From: Candidatus Iainarchaeum sp.
GTDB lineage: Archaea > Iainarchaeota > Iainarchaeia > Iainarchaeales > JACQJH01
Direction: 5' to 3'
DNA length: 64,000 nt
NCBI GenBank assembly: GCA_016205145.1
Contig: JACQJH010000002.1
Coordinates: 489,696 to 553,695 of the forward strand
Below, piece by piece: positions 1 through 9,786 of this stretch. Numbering within the stretch: position 1 is the first letter of the stretch; each line of letters opens with the position of its first letter. A program made the position numbers and the translations under genes. The notes below the pieces were generated by a model. That model was not told the DNA's origin. It saw only the letters and a program-made list of their open reading frames with translations, and did not search any database.

Positions 1-414
1 CGGGTCCTTGTTCATGCGCGCGCTGCCGATGTTTATTCCGGCAAGCGTGAAAATCCTTTTCACCCCAAGCTTCTGGCAGGCCCCCACAACGGTTTCCGCG
101 AACTCGTAGTGTTCCTCTGAAAAGCCGCCGGCCATGTCAAGCGACGGCTGAACAGGCCCGGCCAAAAAAATGAAAGCCGTGCCCTTCACGTTTGACGCGA
201 ACATCTCGTCCTTGATGAGCTCGACAATGGAATCCTTTGTGTAAACGCTCGGCGGGAACGAATCGGAATAGATTTCCGCGACCTTCTCGGTTTTCAGCTG
301 CTTCAAAAGGTAATCGACGCAGATTTTTCCGACCAGGCCTATGCCGGGCAGGCCGGTTATCATGACCGCGTTCTTGAATTTTTTCTTTTTCAGGAATTTT
401 ATGACAGTGGCCAT
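1..414 (-). CDS. PAC2-family proteasome assembly chaperone-like protein (3' end truncated by window edge)
   Basis: The reverse-complement translation starts MATVIKFLKKKKFKNAVMITGLPGIGLVGKI..., an N-terminal glycine-rich motif typical of the PAC2/DUF75 family. The ORF is open to the window edge. Confidence 0.55.
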   Translation of the reverse strand, partial: MATVIKFLKKKKFKNAVMITGLPGIGLVGKICVDYLLKQLKTEKVAEIYSDSFPPSVYTKDSIVELIKDEMFASNVKGTAFIFLAGPVQPSLDMAGGFSEEHYEFAETVVGACQKLGVKRIFTLAGINIGSARMNKDP

Positions 415-421
415 TCCAGCA

Positions 422-1189
422 TCACGCCCTCTTGAACTCAAAGCTGCCGTTGGGTTTCACAGCCGACTCGATTGCCGAAGACACCTGCTTCAATGCGTGC
501 TCGGAAACCTTGAAATCATGCGACGTAATCTTCACGGAATACTTGCCGCCGCCCGAATAAAAGAGTTCGACCTGCACGCCTTTCGGGGAAGCGGACTCGC
601 CTTTCAGCATCGCATTCCTGACGACGCTCACGCCGTCAGAATCAAAGCTGTGCAAAACAAAAAATCCGCCGACCGACTTTTTCGGAATCTCAATGCTTTT
701 TTTGACAAGCTCGACAAACTGCTTGCGCACCGATGAATCGACCGATGACGCGGCTTCCTCGCCGTGAATCGCAATCTCAGGCATTGCGTCAAAAAAAGTG
801 CCGTACTCGGCTTCAAGGGGCTTGACGATTTTCAGCTGGGCGTCGGCAATGGAAATCCCCGCCAGCCTTGCAAACTGCTCGAGGAGCTTTGCAGACCTTT
901 TCTCCTGCTTCACGGATTCGATTTTCTGCCTCTGCTGTTCAGTTGAAACCTTTGCGAACGACAATTCGACCTGGCCTTCTACCTTGCCGCGCCCCATGAC
1001 CTTTGCAGCGCGCACCTGGCCTTCCTTGACAAAATTGCGGATATTCTTAATCCAGCTCGTGGCAACCTGGGAAATGTGCACAAAGCCCTCTATGCCGGGA
1101 TACTCTTCGAGTTCCACCATCACGCCGAAGTTCATTACCTTGCGGATCTTGCAGACGACTATTTCGTTGACTTCAGGCATTTTCGGCAT
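422..1189 (-). CDS. eif2a: translation initiation factor 2 alpha subunit (aIF2-alpha)
   Basis: 255 aa. N-terminal S1 domain (PEVNEIVVCKIRKV...GIEGFVHISQVA) followed by the helical and C-terminal alpha-beta domain architecture of e/aIF2-alpha. Confidence 0.85.
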   Translation of the reverse strand: MPKMPEVNEIVVCKIRKVMNFGVMVELEEYPGIEGFVHISQVATSWIKNIRNFVKEGQVRAAKVMGRGKVEGQVELSFAKVSTEQQRQKIESVKQEKRSAKLLEQFARLAGISIADAQLKIVKPLEAEYGTFFDAMPEIAIHGEEAASSVDSSVRKQFVELVKKSIEIPKKSVGGFFVLHSFDSDGVSVVRNAMLKGESASPKGVQVELFYSGGGKYSVKITSHDFKVSEHALKQVSSAIESAVKPNGSFEFKRA

Positions 1190-1237
1190 AAAAACCAGAA
1201 CAAAAGAATTGCAACAAAAACAGTATTTTAAAGGAAT

Positions 1238-1445
1238 ATGTAGCCGTCACGCCCGGCTAGTGCGAACTAAGGCTTATCATGGCAAAATCGCGATTTTGCC
1301 ATGTGCCCGGAATCTTGGGATTCCGGTGCATGCCGCTGCAATAAGCCGAGTAAGCTTTTTGCAAATAAGTGGCGTTGCAACAGCAACGCCACGCAAGGGG
1401 CGTGCGAGGGGCGAAAGCCCCTGCCTGCGCGCTGTTGCGCGTGAC
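1238..1445 (-). repeat. interspersed structured repeat family, copy (inverted orientation)
   Basis: Contains CCGGCTAGTGCGAACTAAGGC (compare copy 35745-35920 in reverse), GAGTAAGC, and the hairpins GGCGTTGCAACAGCAACGCC and GGGGCGTGCGAGGGGCGAAAGCCCC. Confidence 0.6.
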
Positions 1446-1488
1446 AAACCAAACAATAGATGAGACTCGCGAAGGAAGTAGCAAGATT

Positions 1489-2046
1489 TTATTTTTCAAC
1501 TACAAGCTTTCTTGACATAAGCAGTTCCGCGATCTTCTGCGGCAGTGGAATGACTTCGCCCTTCGAAAACGGCCCGTATTCCTTCATGTCGGTTCCGACA
1601 AAAGCAGGCACGTCCTTCAGCACGGAAAACAGTTCGCCGGAAGACGCCTCGGCAATGGAAAAGCTTTGGGTTTCACCGTCAAACAGTTCGGCAAGCGACT
1701 TCCTGTGCTCCGCCATCAGTTTGAGCAGTTCAATGAACGTCGCCTTTTCTTCGGAGGACACTTTCTGCAGGGCAACATCCCCGGTCCTTGACGCCACAAG
1801 CGCGCGGTTCAGGAGCTTTTTTTCGCGCAAGGCAAAGATTTCCTGCACCATTTTCTTGAGGTTCGAAAAATTCCTCGCCTTTGAAGTGGAAATGTCGCGC
1901 AAAGACTTCAGGTATTCCTCTTTTTCGGCTTTCATGAAGGCGTTGAGCTTTTCGAAGAAATCGTCGTCAACTTCGACAAGCTTGGAAGTGTTCTTTTCAA
2001 GCCTGTAAATGCGCCTAAGCTCGTCGTATGAAACGTTCAAAGCCAA
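1489..2046 (-). CDS. GINS complex subunit (Gins15/Gins51)
   Basis: 185 aa. The N-terminal YDELRRIYRLEK...DDFFEKL A-domain signature is typical of archaeal Gins51, and it lies immediately upstream of priS, the conserved archaeal arrangement. Confidence 0.7.
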   Translation of the reverse strand: MALNVSYDELRRIYRLEKNTSKLVEVDDDFFEKLNAFMKAEKEEYLKSLRDISTSKARNFSNLKKMVQEIFALREKKLLNRALVASRTGDVALQKVSSEEKATFIELLKLMAEHRKSLAELFDGETQSFSIAEASSGELFSVLKDVPAFVGTDMKEYGPFSKGEVIPLPQKIAELLMSRKLVVEK

Positions 2047-2094
2047 CCCCGAACAAAGAATGCTACAAAAACTGTTTAATAGATATTGCAGGGC

Positions 2095-3306
2095 CTAAAC
2101 AGGCTTTGCCCTGCCCGAAGCGACCAAAAATATCGCAGCGGACAGCGGAAGTTCCGTTTCAGCCTTGCGCATTTCCGCAAACTTTTCCCCTTTCAGGGAA
2201 AATTCCGGCGAAAAATCCACGAAAACCTTGGCGGGCTCGCGCCCGAAAACAACCGCGTCGGAGAAAGGGTCAAACTGTTTCAGCGCATCCAATGAAACTC
2301 TTTTCGCCTGGAAGCCCGTGCCGCCATGCAAAGTGTCGGGAACGCGCAGGATCTTGCTCTTGTCAAGCGAAGTCTGCCTGTCGACATTGAATGATTCGCA
2401 CAAAACCGTGAAATCGAAAATCTTTGGCCAGAAATCCTTTGTGTTCCTGCCCGAAGGCGAAACGAGGATGCCTTGCGAAAGCTTTTCAAGAAAATTGTCC
2501 CTTCCAGCCAAAAGTTCTTCGGCTTTTTTCTTGCTTATCCCGCCGATTGCCGCGACCTTTTCCGCGTTGCCCGCGCTGAAAAGGCTTTCAATGCCGGACA
2601 GGATTTTTTTCTGCCAGCCGAGGGCAATCTTCTTTTGCGGGCAATGGAATGCCTTGCCGATGCGCACAAATCCAAGTGCAGTGAGGTTGACGGAATGGCC
2701 AGTTAGATAGTCGAGCAGTTCTATGCGCCCGGCATGCGGCAAAGCGTTGATTTCCTCGCCGCGCAAATGCACGTGGTATCCGGCATTGCCCGAGAAGTTC
2801 ACGTCAAAGCCTGAAAACCCGAAGTCTTCCTCAAGCGCTTTGACAAGGCGAAAAACCTGGCTTTTGGTTTCGCCAAGGCATTCGTTGCAGAACATCTGCT
2901 TTACAGAGACAGGCGAACCGCAGGACGTGCAGTTCTCCACTTTTCCCGGGCCGCTGGAAAAACATTTCGGGCACAGCCAATAGTCATGGCGCTGCTTGCA
3001 GTCTGTCTGAATGTCGTCGGCGTCGAATTCATAGACGAGGTCGGCTGAAATGAAGCCTTTTGCTTCAATCGGCCTCGCCGCCGGCATTTTGTATTTTGCG
3101 CCCGAATAGGATACGAACAGCGGCACTTCTGAGCGGAGGAAAGCGTTGAATGCGTCATGGCTTGGAAATGCAAGGTGCCTCTGCGAAATCTTCAGGCCGA
3201 AAATGCCGCAGCCGAACTCCCTTTTCTCCGGTTCGGGCGGCTGGGAAACGAAATTTTTTTCGTAAAACTGCCTGAAATGCTGTTTCAGGAAATCCTCGGC
3301 ACGCAT
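2095..3306 (-). CDS. priS: DNA primase small (catalytic) subunit PriS
   Basis: 403 aa. Catalytic acidic motif (YEFDADD), a zinc-knuckle CPKC...CTSCG and the archaeo-eukaryotic primase fold signature; followed by priL. Confidence 0.85.
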   Translation of the reverse strand: MRAEDFLKQHFRQFYEKNFVSQPPEPEKREFGCGIFGLKISQRHLAFPSHDAFNAFLRSEVPLFVSYSGAKYKMPAARPIEAKGFISADLVYEFDADDIQTDCKQRHDYWLCPKCFSSGPGKVENCTSCGSPVSVKQMFCNECLGETKSQVFRLVKALEEDFGFSGFDVNFSGNAGYHVHLRGEEINALPHAGRIELLDYLTGHSVNLTALGFVRIGKAFHCPQKKIALGWQKKILSGIESLFSAGNAEKVAAIGGISKKKAEELLAGRDNFLEKLSQGILVSPSGRNTKDFWPKIFDFTVLCESFNVDRQTSLDKSKILRVPDTLHGGTGFQAKRVSLDALKQFDPFSDAVVFGREPAKVFVDFSPEFSLKGEKFAEMRKAETELPLSAAIFLVASGRAKPV

Positions 3307-3337
3307 GCAAGCATTCTTTGCCTAAAAGTAATAAAAA

Positions 3338-3425
3338 AGGTGCCGGGCACCCAACACAAAGCAGATGGGTATTGCAATGGCAATACCCGTCGTCGAACCA
3401 GCCGGACGAAACCGGCTTCAGCCGC
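3338..3425 (+). repeat. interspersed structured repeat family, short copy
   Basis: AAAGCAGATGG, hairpin GGGTATTGCAATGGCAATACCC, then CGTCGTCGAACCAGCCGGACGAAACCGGCTT. Preceded by the palindrome GGTGCCGGGCACC. Confidence 0.6.
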
Positions 3426-3642
3426 GCTTTGAGCCTATTATGGACGCAGATGAAAGTATTGCCGCCGACAGCACAACAAAGTTCGCTTCGGGCGAGAAAC
3501 CCAGGAGCTTTGCCGCAATCGAGATTATCGCAAGGTTTATGCCGAATGAAACCAGTCCGACGACCAGAAGCACGAACGCAGTCAAAACCACAAACGCAAG
3601 AGTTCCGACGCCAAGAGAAGCCCAGAAGCCCATCAAAACCAC
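3418..3642 (-). CDS. small hypothetical membrane protein (2 TM helices)
   Basis: 74-aa ORF that is hydrophobic throughout; the opposite-strand ORFs look like translation noise. Confidence 0.35.
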   Translation of the reverse strand: MVLMGFWASLGVGTLAFVVLTAFVLLVVGLVSFGINLAIISIAAKLLGFSPEANFVVLSAAILSSASIIGSKRG

Positions 3643-3690
3643 CCCAAAAAAAGCCGAAGCTTTCAGGAAGAATGAAAAGCGGAAAAATTT

Positions 3691-4857
3691 TTAAACGCTG
3701 TTTTCCGTGCTTTTTGGAAGCGGGGTTGCCGCAGTGCCATCATTGGCTGCTTTTTCCACGCCATTGGCGTTGCCCGTGCCATCCGTGCCGGCCGGGGCTG
3801 GCGGGGCGTTTTTTTTGCCGGAATCCTTTTTCAGTTCGCGCTGGTAAAACGAGACGGGATGGGAAACATTGCAGTCTTTTCCTTTCGGGCAAAAGCCGTA
3901 TTCCCTGACTTTTTTGCACGCCGGCGCGGACATCTGCTTTCCTACAATCCTCTTGACCTGGTATGCGGTCATCTTGCGGCTGAAATTCGGGGTTTTCGAG
4001 TAAAGCTCGACTATGTCCTCTTCGGGCATGCCGATTGACGACAAGAAGGCGGCAATGAAAAACCTGCCCATGTGCGGAACGTTTTTCCCTTCCAGCAAAT
4101 CAGAGTAAAGCGATGCCATGCAGTCCGGAAAAAGGTTGGGGTCGATTTTGCCCGACAGCTTGAGCTCGAAATCGCGTTCGCGCAAAGAGTTGAGGTGCGA
4201 GGAAACCTGCGACGCAATGCGCTTGAACGCGTTCGGCACTGCCGGCTGTTGGCCGGAAACGGATTCGAAAACGTTCCAGTAAACCTTTTCCGCCAGGAAA
4301 TGGCAGAACCCATTCTCGTCGAAAAAAACCCTGCCATCGGAAACCTTCTGGTTGACAAGCTTGAGGCTTTCGTCCCTGAAGCCTATGGACAGAAAATCCG
4401 GCAATGCAACTGAAACGAAAAAATCGGGGGAATCGGAAAGCGATGCGCTTATGCCAAGTTCGCCTGCAAGCTCCTGCGATGCCTTGCCGCGGTCCGGCTC
4501 ATCCTGCAAATTCTTAAACGTGTTTTTTGCGGTCCACGAGGCGAACTTCTTGTCCGCCTGCCCGTTTTTCATCTGCCCGAGAATGATTTTGGCGGCCGGA
4601 AAAGCCATTATTTCGCGTTCAAGGATTTCCTCCGATGAAACGTGTTCCAGGGGCTGCTGCTTGTCCTTCCACGCGCTCACGATCATGAAGACCGCGCGCT
4701 CTATTACGGGCCTGTTCTCGGCGGTTTCGTCAAGCGAAACATTGCTGTCCTTCAGTATGCGCATTGCGGCTGAGGAAAAAGGGTATTTCTGCGCGAACAA
4801 AAGATCCTGCGAAACCGGCATACAGGGAAGAATGCCTGAAAAACAATAAATAACCAT
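3691..4857 (-). CDS. priL: DNA primase large subunit PriL
   Basis: 388 aa. The C-terminal cysteine cluster (PACKKVREYGFCPKGKDC) fits an Fe-S domain, and it is adjacent to priS. The start is uncertain, and an unusual low-complexity Ala/Gly/Thr/Asn-rich tail follows. Confidence 0.75.
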   Translation of the reverse strand: MVIYCFSGILPCMPVSQDLLFAQKYPFSSAAMRILKDSNVSLDETAENRPVIERAVFMIVSAWKDKQQPLEHVSSEEILEREIMAFPAAKIILGQMKNGQADKKFASWTAKNTFKNLQDEPDRGKASQELAGELGISASLSDSPDFFVSVALPDFLSIGFRDESLKLVNQKVSDGRVFFDENGFCHFLAEKVYWNVFESVSGQQPAVPNAFKRIASQVSSHLNSLRERDFELKLSGKIDPNLFPDCMASLYSDLLEGKNVPHMGRFFIAAFLSSIGMPEEDIVELYSKTPNFSRKMTAYQVKRIVGKQMSAPACKKVREYGFCPKGKDCNVSHPVSFYQRELKKDSGKKNAPPAPAGTDGTGNANGVEKAANDGTAATPLPKSTENSV

Positions 4858-4924
4858 CCCGGACGCTAAAAGCTTAAAAGCCGGCAGACGAAAATGCTTA
4901 TGGCCGAAAGGCGAAAACCTGAAC

Positions 4925-5287
4925 GTGGAAGAAATGCCAGCAAGAACAGAGAGAAACGGAAACAGAAACGGGCGGCCGGAAAAGCCAAAGCCGGCAAGAC
5001 TCGGATTTTTTTTGCGAAGGAAAGCGGTTTCCGCCGAAAGAAGACTTTCAGCACAGGTGGCCGATGTTCAACTGCTGGAAAAGCGACTTGCCGGGGAAGA
5101 AAACGACGACAAGCGCAACGCCCTGCAGGCAATGCTTGGCTTGCGCCGGAAACAAGCTGCTTCGGCAATCCGCAGGGAAATGCCCGCACTCGAAGAAATG
5201 GCGGGAAGGCTCGAAGGCCTGCAGTCGGAAGAAGCGGAGCGCATTGCGCAAAAAATCAGGCAAATCATTGAATTCGGGCAGAATTGA
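4925..5287 (+). CDS. hypothetical highly charged coiled-coil protein
   Basis: 120-aa ORF in the priL-PCNA intergenic space. The second half is a plausible charged helix (LEKRLAGEENDDKRNALQAMLGLRRKQ...). The start is uncertain and an alternative Lys/Arg-rich frame (4894..5271) exists. Confidence 0.3.
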   Translation: MEEMPARTERNGNRNGRPEKPKPARLGFFLRRKAVSAERRLSAQVADVQLLEKRLAGEENDDKRNALQAMLGLRRKQAASAIRREMPALEEMAGRLEGLQSEEAERIAQKIRQIIEFGQN

Positions 5288-5303
5288 AAACAAAAAAAAA
5301 CGG

Positions 5304-6029
5304 TCAGAGTATCATGTGCGCCAGGTAAAAGTTTATTTCGGAGTCGCCGATCGGATACGAGATTTTCATCGGCGAATCGGTCTTGAGCTCAAGCAGGATT
5401 TTTTTGTCCGCGTCGGCCTCGCGCACGATGTTCTGCAAAAAATTCAGGGAATACTTGCTTTGGGTGTCGGCCGAGCTTTTCACGGAAACGCTTTTCCCGT
5501 TCGACTGGTCGCTGCGCATAGTTCCCTGGCTGCCCTTCGCCTCGATTGAAAGCTTGCCTTTTTTCACGTTTATGACGGCTGCGCTGCCGAACAAGGCAGC
5601 GTCTTTCAGGACTTCCCTGAAAATGCGCGCATTGATCTCGATGTGCGAGTCGAAGCCCACCTGCGGAACCTTCGGCTCTTCCTCGGAAACGTCTATGAGC
5701 GGCAGGCTGAATTTTCTCACCAGGTCGCCTTCAAAGGTCAAAGCCATCTCGTTTTCCGTAAGGTCGAGAACCATCCTGTCGCCGGGCAGTGCGCGCAGCA
5801 TTATTTTGGACAGCTCGGAAATGTCGACTCCTGCAAAAGCCGGCTCGACAGCATACCTGTCAAAAATCTTTTTGTCAAGGAAAAGGTCGACCAGCACAAT
5901 CTGGCTTGGGTCGATTGCCCTGAACAAAACGCCCTTGTCGGAAAAATGGAAATTGCCCTCCGAAATGAACGATGAAATCGCCTGCACCGCCTTCTGCCAC
6001 GAATCAAGCTTTTTGAGTTCAATCGCCAT
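5304..6029 (-). CDS. pcn: DNA polymerase sliding clamp PCNA (paralog 1)
   Basis: 241 aa, with PCNA-family motifs (FRAIDPSQIVLVDL, ...VRKFSLPLIDVSEEE...) across a two-domain clamp of the right length. Confidence 0.85.
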   Translation of the reverse strand: MAIELKKLDSWQKAVQAISSFISEGNFHFSDKGVLFRAIDPSQIVLVDLFLDKKIFDRYAVEPAFAGVDISELSKIMLRALPGDRMVLDLTENEMALTFEGDLVRKFSLPLIDVSEEEPKVPQVGFDSHIEINARIFREVLKDAALFGSAAVINVKKGKLSIEAKGSQGTMRSDQSNGKSVSVKSSADTQSKYSLNFLQNIVREADADKKILLELKTDSPMKISYPIGDSEINFYLAHMIL

Positions 6030-6071
6030 TCAAGTCAGAGATAAGTAAAGCAAAATATTGTTTAAATTGTT

Positions 6072-6539
6072 TTGCTGGCAACCATCTGCATGAAATCAGG
6101 CGTTTTCGCGTTTTTTATGCTGATGCTGGCACTTTCGGCATGCGTTGCGCCCGCCCAAAACAAATCAACAGCCGCAGGCGCCTGCCTTGAAAACGGGAAA
6201 TGCATTGACATCAGGATTGCGGATTCCGCTCAGGAACGGGAGCAGGGCTTGATGTTCGAAAAAAGCCTGCCGGAAAGCGGAGGCATGCTGTTCGTTTTCG
6301 AAAACGAAGGCCCGCACGCTTTCTGGATGAAAAACACGCTGATTCCCCTTGACATCATCTGGCTTGACACAGAAGGCAAAATAGTTTTCATGAGAGAAAA
6401 CGCTTTGCCGTGCAGGGAAGAGCCATGTGAAACATTTTTCCCGGACGCAAACGCCAGGTTCGTTCTGGAAACCAATTCAGGCTTTGCGGAAAAAAACGGC
6501 CTGGAAAAAGGGCGGAAAATTTCAATCAGCATTGGCTGA
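6072..6539 (+). CDS. DUF192 family protein with lipoprotein-like signal peptide
   Basis: 155 aa. An N-terminal hydrophobic segment ends in LSAC, and a DUF192 core is present (GLMF...LPE..GMLFVF...WMKNTLIPLDIIWLD). Confidence 0.65.
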   Translation: MLATICMKSGVFAFFMLMLALSACVAPAQNKSTAAGACLENGKCIDIRIADSAQEREQGLMFEKSLPESGGMLFVFENEGPHAFWMKNTLIPLDIIWLDTEGKIVFMRENALPCREEPCETFFPDANARFVLETNSGFAEKNGLEKGRKISISIG

Positions 6540-7346
6540 GCCCTGCGCTTTCAGGCACGCGCCTATCGCGGTTGCGATTCCTGCGTTTTTAGGAAAAACC
6601 AGATTTTTGCTGTAATAGCCGGCAACGGTCTGCATGCGTTTCCTGAACCCTTTGACTTCAGGGGTTTTCCCGACAACGACAATTTCATCCAAGCCTGCCG
6701 CGCGGCTGGCAAAAATTATCGAGACCGCGTTCACTTCAGCAACCATCTTCACGAGCGCTGCCGCAGCGTCCTCTTTTTTGGATGATGAAAGCTTCGCAAA
6801 ATTCGAGCCTGTCGCGCCGACCGGAACAACGCCTATGCCTTTGCCCATGATGTCGCCGACTGACAAATCGATTTTTTGCGCTCTGCCTTTTGCCGCAAGC
6901 GCCTCCAATTCAAAAACGTTTTTGGCGCCAAGCAGAAGACTTGCGAGGCCGAGCAGCGTTCCGCCGCCAACTCCGGTGCCGCCAAAATGCCTTGACTTCC
7001 CGTTCCGCATTTCAACTATGCAGGTGCCCGTGCCGAGGCTTGCAACCAAACAGCTCTTTTTGCCCGCAAGGAACGCGCCGCCCAGGCCGATCGCATCGAT
7101 TTCGGAAACGTGCCTGACAGGAACGCCGAAAACCTTTTTGCCGTGCAATTGCATTGACCTTCCGCCGGTGACCGCAACCGCCCGTATTTTTTCAAACGGC
7201 ATGCCGAGCGATTTCAGGAATTTTTGCATGCCGCGCACGGGCATTGCAGGAAAACTCCACGAACGCACGATTTTTCGTTTGCCGAACAGCACTATGTCAG
7301 TCGTCGAAGCGCCGAAGTCAATTCCCAAGACAAATAGTTTGCCCAT
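6522..7346 (-). CDS. type II (Fumble-family) pantothenate kinase-like ASKHA kinase
   Basis: 274 aa. ASKHA phosphate motifs GIDFGASTTD, GTGTCIVE and GGGTLLGLASLL (Fumble GGGT-LGL signature); it clusters with panC and panB. Confidence 0.5.
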   Translation of the reverse strand: MGKLFVLGIDFGASTTDIVLFGKRKIVRSWSFPAMPVRGMQKFLKSLGMPFEKIRAVAVTGGRSMQLHGKKVFGVPVRHVSEIDAIGLGGAFLAGKKSCLVASLGTGTCIVEMRNGKSRHFGGTGVGGGTLLGLASLLLGAKNVFELEALAAKGRAQKIDLSVGDIMGKGIGVVPVGATGSNFAKLSSSKKEDAAAALVKMVAEVNAVSIIFASRAAGLDEIVVVGKTPEVKGFRKRMQTVAGYYSKNLVFPKNAGIATAIGACLKAQGSANAD

Positions 7347-7363
7347 TTATCAGTTTCAGCCCT

Positions 7364-8857
7364 TTACGCATTTTCCTGCACGAACTGCACCAGGAGCCTC
7401 ACGCCGAATCCCGTCGCCCCGACCCAGGAGTATTGTTTCGGCGCCTTTTCGTTCCACGCAGTTCCCGCAATGTCCAAATGCACCCACGGCGTTTCGCCGA
7501 CGAATTTTGAAAGGAAGCCCGATGAGACGATCATGTCCGCAAACATGCTTTTGCCCAGATTTCTTACATCCGCAACGTCGCTTTTCGTCTGCTCCTTGTA
7601 TTCGTCATACAACGGCATTCTCCAGACGCGCTCGAAAATCTCCTGGCCGGTTTCAAACATTTTTTCCGCGAACTTGTCGTTGTTCGAAACCATGCCCGCG
7701 ACAAAATCGTCGAAAGTGCCGATGCAGCTTCCCGTGAGGGTTGCCGCGTCAACAATGAGCTTGGGCTTGATTTTTTCCGACGTGAACGCAAGCGCGTCCG
7801 CGAGAATAAGCCTTCCCTCGGCGTCAGTGTCAGCCACTTCGACGGTTTTGCCGGAATAAGACTTGATTATGCTGCCCGGCTTGTAGGATTTCGCGCCGAC
7901 CGCGTTTTCGACTATCGGCAAAACCGCGACGACGTTCACTTTCGCCTTCAGCTCAGCCAGGGATTTCACCGCCGCAAACATTGTTGCCGCGCCGGCCATG
8001 TCAAGCTTCATGTCCTTCATGTCCCTTGTCTTTATGTCCAAGCCGCCTGTGTCGAATGTTACCCCTTTGCCGACCAGAGCAATTTTGTCCTTTTTTGACT
8101 TGTTGCCGTTGTATTCCAATATGAGCATTCTTGGCGGGAATTCCGCGCCCTTGCCCACTGCAAGAATGAGGTTGAAGCCCTGCTTTGCAAGCTGTTGCGC
8201 CGTGAGTTCCCTGCATGAAACCCTCGCCCTTTTCGCCAAAGCCTTTATCTGCCTTGAAAACGTTTCGGTGTTCTTCTGCCAGGGGCTCTCGTTGACCATG
8301 TCGCGCACAAGGCAGACGTTGCTGCACACTATCGCGGTTTCCTTCACCGCCCTTTGCGCGGCGGCAATGTCCCCGGACTTCAGGATGACGGTAAAGGTTT
8401 TCACGTTGGAGCGCTCCTTCGCATCCTCAAGCAGATATTTGTCGAAACTGTAATGGCCGAGAATGGCGCCTTCAGTGATTGCCTGCAGTTCCTTTCCCTT
8501 TCCCTCGCCGAAGCCCTCAAGCGGGAACGCAACGGACGGATGCTCTATGCCGAGGCTTCTGCATGCCCTTGCAACGATTGCCGAAGCCTTGCGCAGCTTT
8601 TCAAGCGACAGCTCCTTCCTCTTGCCGAGGCCGAGCAAAAAAACGTTTTTTATTTTAGGAAGCGGTGCATTCGGAATGAGAAAGGCCTGGCCGTCCTTTC
8701 CTTCAAAGCCCTTTTTCGGAAGCGCCGCCTTGAACCTTGAAAAAAAGCCGTTGCCGGATTTTTTGAGTTCCTTCAGCTTTTCCTCTGAAACAAAAATTGC
8801 AAGCAGTTCAGTTTCCGCTTTTTCAAAATCCCCGGACTTGACGCGAACCTCGACCAT
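7364..8857 (-). CDS. pepA: leucyl aminopeptidase (M17 family)
   Basis: 497 aa. M17 catalytic signature VADTDAEGRLILADAL and the conserved C-terminal domain. Confidence 0.85.
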   Translation of the reverse strand: MVEVRVKSGDFEKAETELLAIFVSEEKLKELKKSGNGFFSRFKAALPKKGFEGKDGQAFLIPNAPLPKIKNVFLLGLGKRKELSLEKLRKASAIVARACRSLGIEHPSVAFPLEGFGEGKGKELQAITEGAILGHYSFDKYLLEDAKERSNVKTFTVILKSGDIAAAQRAVKETAIVCSNVCLVRDMVNESPWQKNTETFSRQIKALAKRARVSCRELTAQQLAKQGFNLILAVGKGAEFPPRMLILEYNGNKSKKDKIALVGKGVTFDTGGLDIKTRDMKDMKLDMAGAATMFAAVKSLAELKAKVNVVAVLPIVENAVGAKSYKPGSIIKSYSGKTVEVADTDAEGRLILADALAFTSEKIKPKLIVDAATLTGSCIGTFDDFVAGMVSNNDKFAEKMFETGQEIFERVWRMPLYDEYKEQTKSDVADVRNLGKSMFADMIVSSGFLSKFVGETPWVHLDIAGTAWNEKAPKQYSWVGATGFGVRLLVQFVQENA

Positions 8858-8906
8858 CCAATACCACCTTCAAAAAAAGAAAGCCGCACATTTTTAAAAG
8901 CCAACA

Positions 8907-9758
8907 TCATGCGGGAACGGAAACGGCAAGGTTGTCTATGAGCCTTGTCTTTCCGATGCGGCACGCGCAAAGCAAAACAGCCCCGCCTCGGATTTCCTTC
9001 AGCTCCGACAAATCCTTGGCATCGCGCACGGCGAAATACTCGGGCTTTGCCAGCGGCTCTTTCCCAAAAAAGCCTTTTGCAAAACCTTCAACCTCTGCGG
9101 GGCTTTTTTCGCCCGCCAGAATTTTTTCCTTTCCAGCGTTGAGCGCGCGGAACAAAACAGTTGCCGCTTTCCTCTCCCGCGCATCCAGGCGCGCGTTCCT
9201 GCTCGAAAGTGCCAAACCGTCTTTTTCGCGCACTGTCGGGCACACGACAACCGTGACAGGCAGGCTATGCGCGCGGACCATTTCTTTGACAACCAAAAAC
9301 TGCTGATAATCCTTATGGCCGAAGTACGCCTTGCCCGGAGAAACAATTTCGAAAAGCCTTTTGACGACCGCGCACACGCCCGCAAAATGCCCCGGCCGGA
9401 ATTTTCCCTCAAGCGTTTCCGCAACGGCGGGCGGCTTTACATCGGCATTGGTGCCGTGCGGATAGATTTCCTTTTCGGTTGGCGCGAAAACAAAATCAAC
9501 TTTTTCCTTTTCCAGCAGGCCGAGGTCTCTTTGCAAATCGCGCGGATAATTTTTCAGATCGCTCTTGTCGTTGAACTGCATCGGATTCACAAAAATCGAC
9601 ACTACGCAAAAATCGTTTTCCTGCCGGCATTTGCGCACCAATGACAAATGGCCTTCGTGCAAGGCGCCCATTGTGGGAACGAAGCCGACGCTTTTTCCCG
9701 GCTCATTCAGACGGGCGGCAGCCGCACGCATTTCCTGCGCGGATTTTACGACCTGCAT
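8907..9758 (-). CDS. panC: pantoate--beta-alanine ligase (pantothenate synthetase), bacterial type
   Basis: 283 aa. HIGH-like motif PTMGALHEGHLSL and a KMSKS-like region, colinear with bacterial PanC. Confidence 0.85.
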   Translation of the reverse strand: MQVVKSAQEMRAAAARLNEPGKSVGFVPTMGALHEGHLSLVRKCRQENDFCVVSIFVNPMQFNDKSDLKNYPRDLQRDLGLLEKEKVDFVFAPTEKEIYPHGTNADVKPPAVAETLEGKFRPGHFAGVCAVVKRLFEIVSPGKAYFGHKDYQQFLVVKEMVRAHSLPVTVVVCPTVREKDGLALSSRNARLDARERKAATVLFRALNAGKEKILAGEKSPAEVEGFAKGFFGKEPLAKPEYFAVRDAKDLSELKEIRGGAVLLCACRIGKTRLIDNLAVSVPA

Positions 9759-9786
9759 GGAATAAAGCTTGCGGAAAAAGGATTTT

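Noticed and set aside
3318-3908. 196-aa + strand ORF (Pro/Arg/Gln-rich) and 109-aa ORF at 3365-3694
   Set aside because: They overlap the priL 3' end and the small membrane ORF, and their composition is low-complexity shadow-frame.
6634-7737. 367-aa Pro/Ser/Arg-rich + strand ORF
   Set aside because: It lies entirely antisense to the PanK-like and leucyl aminopeptidase genes. Its composition is typical of a GC-rich shadow frame and it has no motifs.
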